Positions 25,491 to 36,596 of a DNA stretch of 64,000 nucleotides are shown here, piece after piece (the first letter of the stretch is position 1; each line of letters opens with the position of its first letter). The DNA is from Octopus vulgaris (Eukaryota): the NCBI GenBank assembly GCA_951406725.2, contig OX597835.1, positions 9,610,001 through 9,674,000 on the forward strand, given 5' to 3'. The notes beneath the pieces are model-generated. The model saw nothing but the letters and a program-made list of their open reading frames with translations, was not told the origin of the DNA and made no database searches. The position numbers and the translations under genes are program-made.

Positions 25491-27536
25491 GAATATATAT
25501 CTGTGTGTGTGTGTGTTTATGTATGTGTTTATGTATGTATATATGTATTGCACTTTTTCATTGTATGTTGTCGTTGACATATCTCACTTGGTATTGACAC
25601 CGTGACGTTATTAATAGCCAACCTGGCCTTTGTCACCGTTGAAGTGGCTGACGATAACACATGCTAATTCTCACCGCGACTTCATTTAACGTCTCTTAAA
25701 TCTCGGAATGTAAAGTTATATACTCGTTTTCTATTTCTATTTGACTGGATATGGAGAGAGAAAATAATTGTCACTGAAAGACATCAATCCTCGCCCGAAG
25801 ACTTCAACATGAGGTCAGACAAATCGTAAAACAATTTAATTATGATGAAACAATCAGACTCAACAACAATTAATTCTTAAAGTTATTTTTAATGAAACAC
25901 ATATGAATGGATGAGTGAGAGAGTGAGAGAGAAAGGGGGGGGAGAGAGTGACAGACAGAGAAAAGTATTGCTGGACAGACGGTTTGTGATGTAGAGCGAC
26001 AGTTTCCCAGAAAGAAATATATACATTACATCGTTTAACTGATTTATTGTCTAATATTTCTTTTCTGGCGAACATTTGTTGCGCAGCAGCAGCAGCAGCA
26101 GCAGCAGCAGCGGCAGTTCGGTGCTGGAGTAGGGAAATGCTAGGTTATCTCCCTTTTGGACACCAAGCTATTACAGGAAAATGCTGATGCAGACCTGACG
26201 AACCGTGGGCTGTAGTGGTTACGGTATGTTCCTCTTCATTAAAATGCGGCGAGCTGGCAGAAACGTTAGCATGCCGGGTGAAATGCTTTGCAGTATTTCG
26301 TCTGCCGTTACGTTCTGAGTTCAAATTATAAAAGTATAAAAGGCAAAAGGGGCCTCAGGGAAATCTGAACTCAGAACATAACAACGGACGAAATGCCACT
26401 AAGCATTTTGTTCGACACACTAACTATTCTGCTTACCCTGCCATTATGCAATTATTGAAACCACATTATGAATGATAGAACTTCGGTCTTGGCGACAACG
26501 GATAAGCTCGTGGATGCAACCTGTCATTCACTCCTCGATTCACCAAAAGAATAAATATCAATGTTTGTTCAGATAAACATACAAAGCAACCTAAGCCAGC
26601 CTTTTTTTTTTCTAAACGTTTGGACTGGATAAACTCGATAAACTACAGTCATTTGATTCGAATATTTGTTTTCTCTTCATTCTTATATTTAGATAAATAT
26701 TGTTTTCTGTTAACCCATCGACAGCAACTTTTGCTGGGATTATAAATAATCAATGAAGTACCCTAAACTCTACTACTTGTGACTTCAGAAAAAACGTCTA
26801 CTCTGACCGAATTTCAACTCTGAACGTAGAATAGTGAACGTAATATCCCATAAGGTACTGTTTGTATTATATTAACTGAAATCCCACTTTTTTACAGCAT
26901 CGATAGTAACTAAGTAATTACCTGACTACAATAATATCAATAATTCTACGTTCAAGAGTAATTAATACCGCTGTTAATGGGCGTAAAACATTACATACAA
27001 AAGATTTTGCCGGACAAGGATTTGGTTTCGTTGAGTAAAATATAACAGATTTATTTAAATACACCTACATGAACATCTAGATGTAAGTATAGACATTGTA
27101 CGTATAGCAGGAGAATATTAGCGTTATATTACATAAGAAAGAAAATGAGAAATAAAAGGTAAAAATTGATGTAGAATGAGAGAAACGACTAGAAGTTGAA
27201 AGGAAGGATAAGAGAGGGAGCGGAAGAGATGGAGAAAGAAAATGGTGGCTATAAATTAATGAGTGTCTGAGCTAAAGACGTAACGGTTGGATAAGAGTTA
27301 TTAAAACGTCGTCATATGTTGGGTAACGAAAATATTCACATCGGAGCGTAGACAAGGAAAACAAATACCGTGTACGTGTGTTTTAATTGTTTAGCCCCAG
27401 GTCAACCCTGATCGAGCAAGCTTATCACCAGCGTCGTTCATTTCACACAACCACCGTCTCGTATTCACTCACTTGAAAGTAGGAGAAAAATAGTTTGTAT
27501 TTCGGTTTTCAGCAAGTCTATATATTAAATGTCTCC

Positions 27537-27553
27537 TCTCGTTTTGTGGCTGT

Positions 27554-27605
<52 letters not shown>

Positions 27606-27899
27606 TACACACACATGCACGCACATAAACACATTCACACATACACAAACAGACACGCACACACATTCACACATAAACACATTCACACACATACACAAAC
27701 ACACACATTCTGCCTCACATACATACACGCACATTATATATATATATATATAACGTGCGTATATGCGTGTGTGAGTGAGAGATAATGTGTGTGTGTGATT
27801 GTGTGTGTGAGTGTGTTTATGTGTGAATGTGCTTGCGTGTCTGGTGTCTGCTTGTGTGCATGAATGTGTTTATGTGCGTTTCACAGCCACAAAACGAGA
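27537..27899. repeat. Imperfect ~360 bp palindrome centred on a (TA)n tract
   Basis: Outer ends TCTCGTTTTGTGGCTGTAAAAC / GTTTCACAGCCACAAAACGAGA; internal GCACATAAACACATTCA / TGAATGTGTTTATGTGC; centre ~27742. Confidence 0.85.
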
Positions 27900-27931
27900 T
27901 AAAACATATATATATATATACATATATATAT

Positions 27932-28117
27932 ATGGCCCAGTGGTTATTAGCGGACTTGCGGTCGGAGGATCGCGGTGATTCCCAGACCGGGCGTGTGTGT
28001 GTTTATTGAGCGAAAACACCTAAAAGCTCCACGAGGCTCCGGCAGGGGATGGTGGTGATGCTGTACTCTTTCACCACTCTAAAAGGCGGTGTGTGTCAAA
28101 TAACTGAAACAAGTACA
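27932..28117 (+). mobile_element. SINE head C joined to a family B tail fragment
   Basis: TGGCCCAGTGG...CTGTACTCTTTCACCAC followed by TAAAAGGCGGTG..GTCAAATAACTGAAACAAGTA. Confidence 0.7.
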
Positions 28118-28118
28118 A

Positions 28119-28169
<51 letters not shown>

Positions 28170-28173
28170 ATAT

Positions 28174-28830
28174 GAATTCAGGATTCAAGTGAATCAGGTG
28201 CCTAAGTAGCACAGTATCACGTTCGGGTCAAAGAAAGAAATAGCAATTGTGACCAAAACAAAATTAAAGGAGAATCTAAGTGCAAACCGAAGTACAGACG
28301 CAAGAATATTCCAGTTGCGTATACCATCAGAAGCACCACGAATCTCAAGTCTCTACCTACCAACACACACTTCGCCAATTGAAGTCTGCTCAATACAGTG
28401 CAGATCCACGCGAATTGCAGCTTCCAAGTAAGGTGAATGCTAAATGAATTACAGCAGATGAAAATTAGTTCATTCCCTACAGCTGTTTCAGACTAGTCTT
28501 TTCATTGAGGAATAGAGTTGTTACGTAATGCGAAAAAAGCCGTTTTCTTCGGGTGCGTACATACAAATCAATCATATCAAAAATATATTCAAAGAATCAA
28601 CATTATGTACCACTTCAAGATTCCTGGCTAGCTTCAACGAAAGAATGATTCGCTTACCGTCGATGTACAGGGAAACATTAGAGTGACAGGACCCGGAGGT
28701 CGGGGACGTAGGAAAAAAGTGAGAATAAAAAACCGAATGGGGGATTAGAATCAGATATTTTGCTCCAACTTCAAGAGATAAGGTTACTTTATTTCATTTT
28801 TAATCTTCAGATCGCTGGACGACAAAGTTC
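28174..28830 (-). mobile_element. Old hammerhead-bearing repeat, family P4, copy 1
   Basis: Aligns by eye in inverted orientation with 29630-30247; degenerate hammerhead on minus at ~28473-28558 (CCGAAGA...long stem II...GAAA-CAGCUG-UA). Confidence 0.6.
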
Positions 28831-29038
28831 AAGTGGAAAAAAAAACATTATAAGGTAATAGGTGATGTAGAAAGTATTTTATATAGTGGGAAGAGGGAAC
28901 CAGAATAGAGGAAGAGAATTAAATATTTTGTTCCTTCTTCTAAGATAGGTCAATTTATTTTATTCATATTCTGTAAGTAGCTGGACAACTGCATTCCAGC
29001 TATAAAATCTTTAAAAGATAACGAGGGAGGTTAAAAAG

Positions 29039-29075
<37 letters not shown>

Positions 29076-29079
<4 letters not shown>

Positions 29080-29450
29080 AAATTAGAGATAAAACCACTA
29101 TTAGGCAAATCAAACAATGAAAAACATAAGCCAATACATAAAATTAATTAATTTATATTATTTTAAATATATATCAAAATTATTAAAAGTTTAATAAAAG
29201 ATAATGAGTAAAACACTACGATCGTTTCATGGCTGTCCAATTCGTAATAATTCGAGTTATGGTTACAGTCAATCTTCAGGTAATTGAAATATTTATCTTA
29301 GCGAGGTTTAACAATATATATAGTAGGAGGAAGAATACATAGCGGATAGGAACTTGATATCTTGTTCTAACTCATAGAAGATAAGGTTATTTTCTTTTAC
29401 TTTTAATCAGTAAATAGCTGGACTTCAGATTCCCCGGTCAAAAATAAACA
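29076..29450 (-). mobile_element. Family P1 element with hammerhead, abutting (TA)n
   Basis: Shares ~125 bp with 16929-17160; starts at the end of the (TA)n tract 29042-29075. Confidence 0.75.
29212..29286 (-). ncRNA. Type I hammerhead motif with long stem II
   Basis: Minus: AUUAC-CUGAAGA-u-UGACUGU...ACAGCCA-u-GAAA-CGAUCG-UA|GUGUU. Canonical core, palindromic ACGAUCGU stem III, GUA triplet. Confidence 0.72.
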
Positions 29451-29629
29451 ACAACGAAACTTAATAGATAATATAAATTAAACAACTTGGAGAATTCATA
29501 AATAAAATAACCTTACTTCCTTAGGTGTACAGTAAAAACACTCATACTTCCGTATGTGTACAAATGCGTACAATTTACTTCGCACGTTATCTTTTAATTT
29601 TTTTGTTTTTTGCTTGAACTTAGTCGTTC

Positions 29630-30247
29630 AGTGATCTAAAGATTAAAAATAAAATAATTGTATAAACTTATCTTTCAAAGATAGAGCAGAATATCTGCTT
29701 CTCTCCTTCTCTCCCCATTCTATTTTCTTCCCCACATACCTCCACGCTCCCGTCACCAAAATGTGTTTTCCTGTATAAACTACTAAAAGGGTGAGTGGAT
29801 GATTCTTTGACTGCAGCTAAGCAAGACAGGAATCATGAAGTGGCACAAATTGTTGATTCTTGGAATATTTTTTTTTAGTCTTTAATTCGCGTATTGACCT
29901 GAAGAAAACGGGATTTTTGTTTCGCGTGATGTAATAACTCTATTCGTCAATAAAAAACCAAACTCATTTGAAGCAGCTATAGTGATCGAACCAACTTCCA
30001 TCTGTTCCTTGATTGGTATACCGCCCTCTACCTCATACTTTAGGTTGTTAATTAAATCTGCCTGGATCTTGTTGATGTTTAGATTAATTGTACAGCCCCT
30101 GGATATCGTATTTATTAGCATGCAGTATTACAGTCACCATCAATCCGCAGTTCAATAATGCAGAGCCAGATGTCAGTGCTGGCATTGCATACGCATTGAG
30201 AGAACACGTAGTATCGTTTCTCTTAAAAGTGCTTTCCATTATCATAA
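29630..30247 (+). mobile_element. Old hammerhead-bearing repeat, family P4, copy 2
   Basis: CTGAAGA at 29899-29905 ... GAAG-CAGCTA-TA at 29970-29981 (decayed GAAA-CAGCTG-TA); inverted homologue of 28174-28830. Confidence 0.55.
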
Positions 30248-30249
30248 TA

Positions 30250-30482
30250 CAGTAATCCTTTGTCATATCGCGATTCACTTATCGCGGTTTATTATTTAAG
30301 CCTACGTCGATTTCTCCGTGGTGTTGTTTTGTATTTATAATAAAATAAATGTATACAGATTATAAAAACAATTTTAAATAATTTTTAACGATTTACAGTA
30401 CAGTACTGTTTTCTACTTTTCGGATTTTTACCTATCGCGGTGAGGTTGGAACGTAGCACCCGCGATAATCGAGTGATTACTG
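30250..30482. mobile_element. pogo/Tigger-like MITE
   Basis: TA-CAGTAATCC..TATCGCG ... CGCGATAATCGAGTGATTACTG-TA: imperfect ~22 bp TIRs with TA TSD. Confidence 0.82.
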
Positions 30483-30965
30483 TATTCATTTTTCATCTTG
30501 TTTATGTCACTTGCCCCGAACATTCTTACACTCATCTATGCTCAACTCTTTGTGCAACATGGAATTATGCAACTTCCGAATCATATATCCTTCGTAAATT
30601 TATATATTATCGGCTCTGGTATTTTGTATTGCCTGCATTTCTTTAAGCAAAATGATATCCCAGTTATGTTAGGATCCTGCTTGACAACACCAAGGAACCA
30701 ATGGAGGTAGAGATTTACGTTTAACAACAGCGACGTAAAGCCACCTCCGTCGGTCGCCGACGTCTACACGTTCTAGAGGGAATAAACTCGTGTGGTGTTG
30801 GCAATTTGCTGCAAGTTGAAAAATTAAACATTTGGAAGACCAGCGTATATGTGCGAAACACTTGAGAACCGCCTAAAGGGAATTGATTGTAATGTTGCAA
30901 CCAGCGTATGGAGAGGATTTCTTGAGAGGTAATAAATGTCACAAACGGGACAAATCTTCTACATT

Positions 30966-32547
30966 AGGGACGTCCTATAAGCGCCCGAGACCTGGCACAA
31001 CTTGGAGGTAAAGAACTAACACGGTGGTGGAACTATGTCGGGGGAAAACAAAACTAATTACTTTGTAATTAAATTATTAACAGCATTCTTTATTGACAGA
31101 CATTTTACAAAGGCTACAAGTCTGTGTGTGTGTGTGTATGTGTGTGCGTGTTTGTGTATGCGTATATATGTGCTTTGTGTGTGCGTGCATATGGTAAGAG
31201 GTGAGCATGAGGAAGCAGATGGTACTATGAGACAGATTAGTTTATTTTGTATTAGCAGCTGTACAAGACTGAAAAACTACTTCAATCACTACGAAAACCA
31301 TCGTTCAATATATGAAATCTTTGGAGAATCGAGGTTGATGGAACTGCATATAGAACATCCAACGTAGACGATCCGAAATCTGGAAAAATATCCACGGTTG
31401 CGGTTGGTAGTCACATTGCTAGATAGAAGCAAGCCGTGGAAATTGTTGCGTGTCTGTACTATTTTGGAAATTTCCAAGAAGCAGTCATCTGTAAAATTTC
31501 TCACGACATGTTTTTAATAGGAATATTGTAACTATAGAGAATGGCCACAAAATTTATGTTGCGCCTAGAAACGAAGAAAGGAAATCACAATCGAGTCATT
31601 TCCAGCTAGGAATCGATTTGATTGATGGTATTTTGAAAGAAAACTTTAGGAAAAGTTCCACAACAAATGACGATACATGAAATAATGATAAAATATTGGA
31701 ACACTAATGTTTAGCTGTCGTAGACTGTTGGTTCATTGTCACGACATCAAATAAGACTGGTGCAAGTTGCTCAGATATGATGATGCCGATTGTCCGTATT
31801 TATTAAAAAGGTTTCATTCACCATGTATTTATTCTATTTAGTTAAACGATGAATTGGTTTTGTATTGGACGTAATGATACGTTTAGGAAAGGAAGTATGA
31901 ACGAAAATGAACATTGGGTGCTGTAACAGAATAAAGTCACGAATCAAGGGTTACACTTTATGTGTGACATTTTGGTGAAGCAAGAGACGACACCTTGCAC
32001 GCACCTAGTATTCTCACCGGATTTGTGAAGCATCTAGTCTTCTCACCGGATTTGTCTCAGCGGACTTTTCGGTCCCAATAATGTCATGAAATATGCAAAT
32101 TCGCCGATCTCAACCATGAGCTCGACTCGAAGGAATATCTTTACGCGAGTTGCGTGCCAGGGACGTCCTGTAAGCGCTCGAGACCTGGCACAACTTGGAG
32201 ATAAAGAACTAACACGGTGGTAGAACTATGTCGGGGGAAAACAAAACTAATTACTTTGTAATTAAAGTATTAACAGCATTCTTTATTGACAGACATCCTA
32301 CAAAGGCTACAAGTGTGTGTGCGTGTGTGTATGTGTGTGCTTGTGTGTGTATACGTGTGTATGTGCTTTGTGTGTGCGTGCATGTGGTGGGGGTGAGCAT
32401 TAGGAAGCAGATGGTACTATGAGACAGATTAGTTTATTTTGTATTAGCAGCTGTACAAGACTGAAAAACTACTTCAATCACTACGAAAACCATCGTTCAA
32501 TATATGAAATCTTTGGAGAATCGAGGTTGATGGAACTGCATATAGAA
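30966..32547. repeat. ~390 bp direct repeats (30966-31355, 32159-32547) ~800 bp apart
   Basis: Both begin AGGGACGTCCT and end GAACTGCATATAGAA; their ORF translations match (MSGENKTNYFVIK...). Confidence 0.95.
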
Positions 32548-32785
32548 ATAATTTATATTAATACGTCTGGTTATATAAAAGACAAACAGATTTTCAGCAT
32601 AGAACGGAACTCAATAATGCACAGAAAAACAGCACGTTGTATCTATCTATGTATATATCCATGTGTATATATATATATACATATGCGTGTGAGTGTGTGA
32701 GTGTGTGTGTTGATGTAATATGCTGTCACCCTCTTACACACACAAATGCACCCTCATTCAGGTACATACACAAACACATACACAC

Positions 32786-32821
<36 letters not shown>

Positions 32822-32891
32822 ATGTATATATATATATATATATACGTTTAAATTGGCTAAACTGGCAATATGACCATTCCGAAATATAACA

Positions 32892-32930
<39 letters not shown>

Positions 32931-33332
32931 AAAGTGAAGAACAATCAATACATTATACAGTATCTTCTAGTTTTAGATTCTAGTTTTAGAGACATTTAAT
33001 AACTCCTGTGCCATTACTCAGAATGTCATGGCCACTAAAGTATGAGCCATAATGATGATATATTGCAGATATCTGCTAAATCACTGACAGACATATATGT
33101 ATATATGTATGTATGTATGTAATACAATTAAGATTTAGGTGAATTAGGTACTTAAATTGCGGCACCTCGTTCTGTCGGCACAGTATACACACACAACAGC
33201 AGTATTATGTGAATATCAAACTTGGTATATAAGTATCGACCGAATGATATTCCTGCAGTGTATGTAGAATGTTAGACCCCACTGAGCAAAGAAATCTTTC
33301 TTGAGCTATTCAGTCATGTACTTTATATTAAA

Positions 33333-33744
33333 CTAGCAGTATCGCCCGGCGTTGCTCGGGTTTGTAAGGGAAATAACTATGTAAGCATTTTTAGAGAGTT
33401 ACTTCCCTTATAGATGCCAATTCGGGTTTTCTTAGCCATTTCTGTTTTGGTGTCTTCAAGCCATGAAGTCGTTGTTCTAAAAGAACGCTGGTCTCCTTGA
33501 CAACGCTTTGCGACGTTGATTTCCTTACACTCTCCCTTCCCCACAGCTTCACAAGGGAGGGAAGAAGGGGGAGAAGCAAACAGGTGCAGGTGTGACCATG
33601 GACGCCAACTCCGCCGCCATCGACACACGAAAAATTATGCATTAAAATGGAATAAAAAATGATGTTAAATTATTTTTAAAATCGTAGACTCATCGTAGAC
33701 GCGCACTAATAGCCAGACGGGCTCGATATGAATCACGACTATAA
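33333..33744 (+). mobile_element. Helitron/DINE-like non-autonomous element 5' part, flanked by a 69 bp direct repeat
   Basis: Begins (A)CTAGCAGTATCGCCCGGCGTTGCTCGGG (ACTAG plus short GC hairpin, typical of Lep1/DINE-type elements); 33264-33332 is repeated at 33745-33813. Confidence 0.65.
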
Positions 33745-34289
33745 GTAGAATGTTAGACCCGGCTGAGCAAAGAAATCTTTCTTGAGCTATTCAGTCATGT
33801 ACTTTATATTAAATATACTGTCCATAATATTTTCGAAGGACAGATTCCGACACAGGTGAATAAAATATGAGTAGCAGTAGAGGTACAGGTGACAATACAT
33901 TTCACTCGTTACCCAAGACTTCTTTAGCTGATTAATGAAAAGCTTGAGTCCAGGGAACAGAAGAAAGAAAGAGAAAGAAGACATGCACTCAACACAAGAG
34001 CTGAAGATACCTTCGAAAAGGGGCTGGCCGCCACTTCAAAGCGGTAGAGGAGTAGGGGCCGAAACCGGACGTGGTTCCTCCTGATGATGTCTTGAGCTAA
34101 CTGGATCGTATAAAGGAGCTGTTGTGGTAGCAGACCACGAAACATGGTTGAAATTCCTCAGTTGTAAAGAAGCTGTTTTCCTCAAATGCATTCGTGAACT
34201 TCAAACTAAGATCATTCGAAATGATTTAACGGATCAAAATCACTTAGAACGTCGTCGGTTTTGAAGTATGTAGGTACATACATACATAC

Positions 34290-34357
<68 letters not shown>

Positions 34358-34724
34358 ACATACGTCAATACGCCTCTAGCCTTTTATGTGTTATACTTAA
34401 TGTACAAAGGAATTGTATATATGAATGTCTATTATCAGGAACTCCGGCACTTTCATCTGTCGTTTCAATTTTCCTGTGTTCTGTTTAACATTCCCTCCTC
34501 TCATCCGTTTCCTTGCTTTCAGTCAGTTTTCTATACGCAGGCATTTTGTAATCTTTGTAGGTATTTATTCTTACTGTCGTGTCTATCGTGTTGCACTTTT
34601 CTAGAACACACACAGACAGATGCACATATGCGCTGGTTTAAATATGCCATAGTATATTCAGATACATGAAACAACTGTATACTTAAAAACATACTGACAC
34701 ATGCACACAGACACGGATATGTGA

Positions 34725-35105
<381 letters not shown>

Positions 35106-35379
35106 CATCTTTCTTTATTAGCCGCACAGGGCCGAACACAGGGACGACAAAATACAATGTAGGGCTTTTCTTTTCGAGAGAAAACAAGATGAAAGACAGA
35201 AAAGGAGGAAAACATTCCGATCTAAAGGGTTTGTGTAAAAAAAAATTGATAGATAGGTAGGTAGGTAGTTAGGTAGGTTGGTAGGTAGGTTGATAGGTAG
35301 GTAGGTAGATAAATACATACATACATATTTATGCATCCATTTAATTAATTTACATACGCATGTTTCACACACACACATG

Positions 35380-35456
<77 letters not shown>

Positions 35457-35487
35457 ATTTAGCTGTCTGCATCTATCTATCTCTGTA

Positions 35488-35555
<68 letters not shown>

Positions 35556-35753
35556 ACGGGAAAGTTTATGAAAATAAACAAAAGACGAAGGCAGGTGGAG
35601 TACAAACAAACAAATGTATTAGAATACCGCTAAGGAATAGAAATAGAAAAAGTATTTTACGTTTCGAGCCTACGCTCTTCGACAGAAAGATACACAGAAA
35701 AAAACAAGGAGAGAAAAAAATGCGTGTAAGAGCTAACGATCTATCATGGCGTC
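35556..35753 (-). mobile_element. Family P2 element with hammerhead motif at ~35653-35690 (core CUGUCGA, GUA triplet)
   Basis: Minus: UCUUU-CUGUCGA-A-GAGC-guag-GCUC-GAAA-CG-UA|AAAUA; (TA)n on both sides. Confidence 0.85.
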
Positions 35754-36043
35754 CTATATACACACATACATACGTATATATACACATATATACACACACA
35801 CACACATATATATATATATGTATATATAGGTGTGACTGTGTGGCTCCCCTGTCACCACCTGACGACCGGTGCTGATTTGTTTACCTCCCCGTAAACTATC
35901 AATAGAGTACGATAGAATAAGTACCAGAGTTTAAAGGTGGTGCACCAGCGTGGCCGTAGTCTAATGACTGAAACAAGTATAAGATAAATGTGTTTTGTGC
36001 ATATTCCTTACATAATTGTATACGCATACATACATACATCAGC

Positions 36044-36218
36044 CATGATTGACCGCTAACTCCAAAAGTTTTATGTTTTCATTCTCTTTCTGTTTATTCC
36101 CTCGTGTGTGTTTCTGTTGAAAAGCGTAGGCTCGAAAGACTTCCTCATATTCCCAAGCGTCAAACTAAAACATCTTGTTTATACACCTGTCTTCGTATTT
36201 TGATTTTCTGTAAATTTC

Positions 36219-36222
<4 letters not shown>
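36044..36222 (+). mobile_element. Degenerate family P2 element (cleavage site deleted)
   Basis: CTGTTGAAAAGCGTAGGCTCGAAAGAC; ends at (TA)n. Confidence 0.7.
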
Positions 36223-36277
<55 letters not shown>

Positions 36278-36474
36278 TGTATGTATATATATATATAACC
36301 AGTCTAAGACCAGGGTCGATAGAGTCGATTCTTAACCGAAACTGCTGGTCTTGTGCCAAAATCAGATACCGTATTAATAGATTATAATTATTTTTATCTT
36401 GTAGTTTATAATTTCAATAGCTTTTGTCATACAAATATTTGAGATTATTACTTCTGTACGTTGTTGCTAATGTT

Positions 36475-36477
<3 letters not shown>

Positions 36478-36524
<47 letters not shown>

Positions 36525-36596
36525 CGTCGTCGTCGTCGTCGTTGTTGTTGTTGTTGTTGTTGTTGCTAATGTTGTTGTTGTTGTTGTTGTTGTTGC
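36478..36596. repeat. (GTT)n/(GTC)n microsatellite
   Basis: Directly visible. Confidence 0.95.

Noticed and set aside
26080-26229. (CAG)n followed by ACG|GTATGT as a polyQ exon
   Set aside because: No upstream acceptor AG after the pyrimidine tract and no sustained open frame; cannot be supported.
27465-27495. Second recursive splice site (minus strand ...CTACTTTCAAGTGAGT)
   Set aside because: The acceptor AG and donor GT share one G, so it is not an AG|GT junction.
29882-30121. Minus ORF with ubiquitin-like (G.TI.L...D.I.N.K...GIP..Q) or RTE RT-like (AASNEFG..NRV..SR) look
   Set aside because: It is the antisense of the P4 repeat homologous to 28174-28830; stops lie immediately upstream and there is no UBL C-terminal half or YADD motif.
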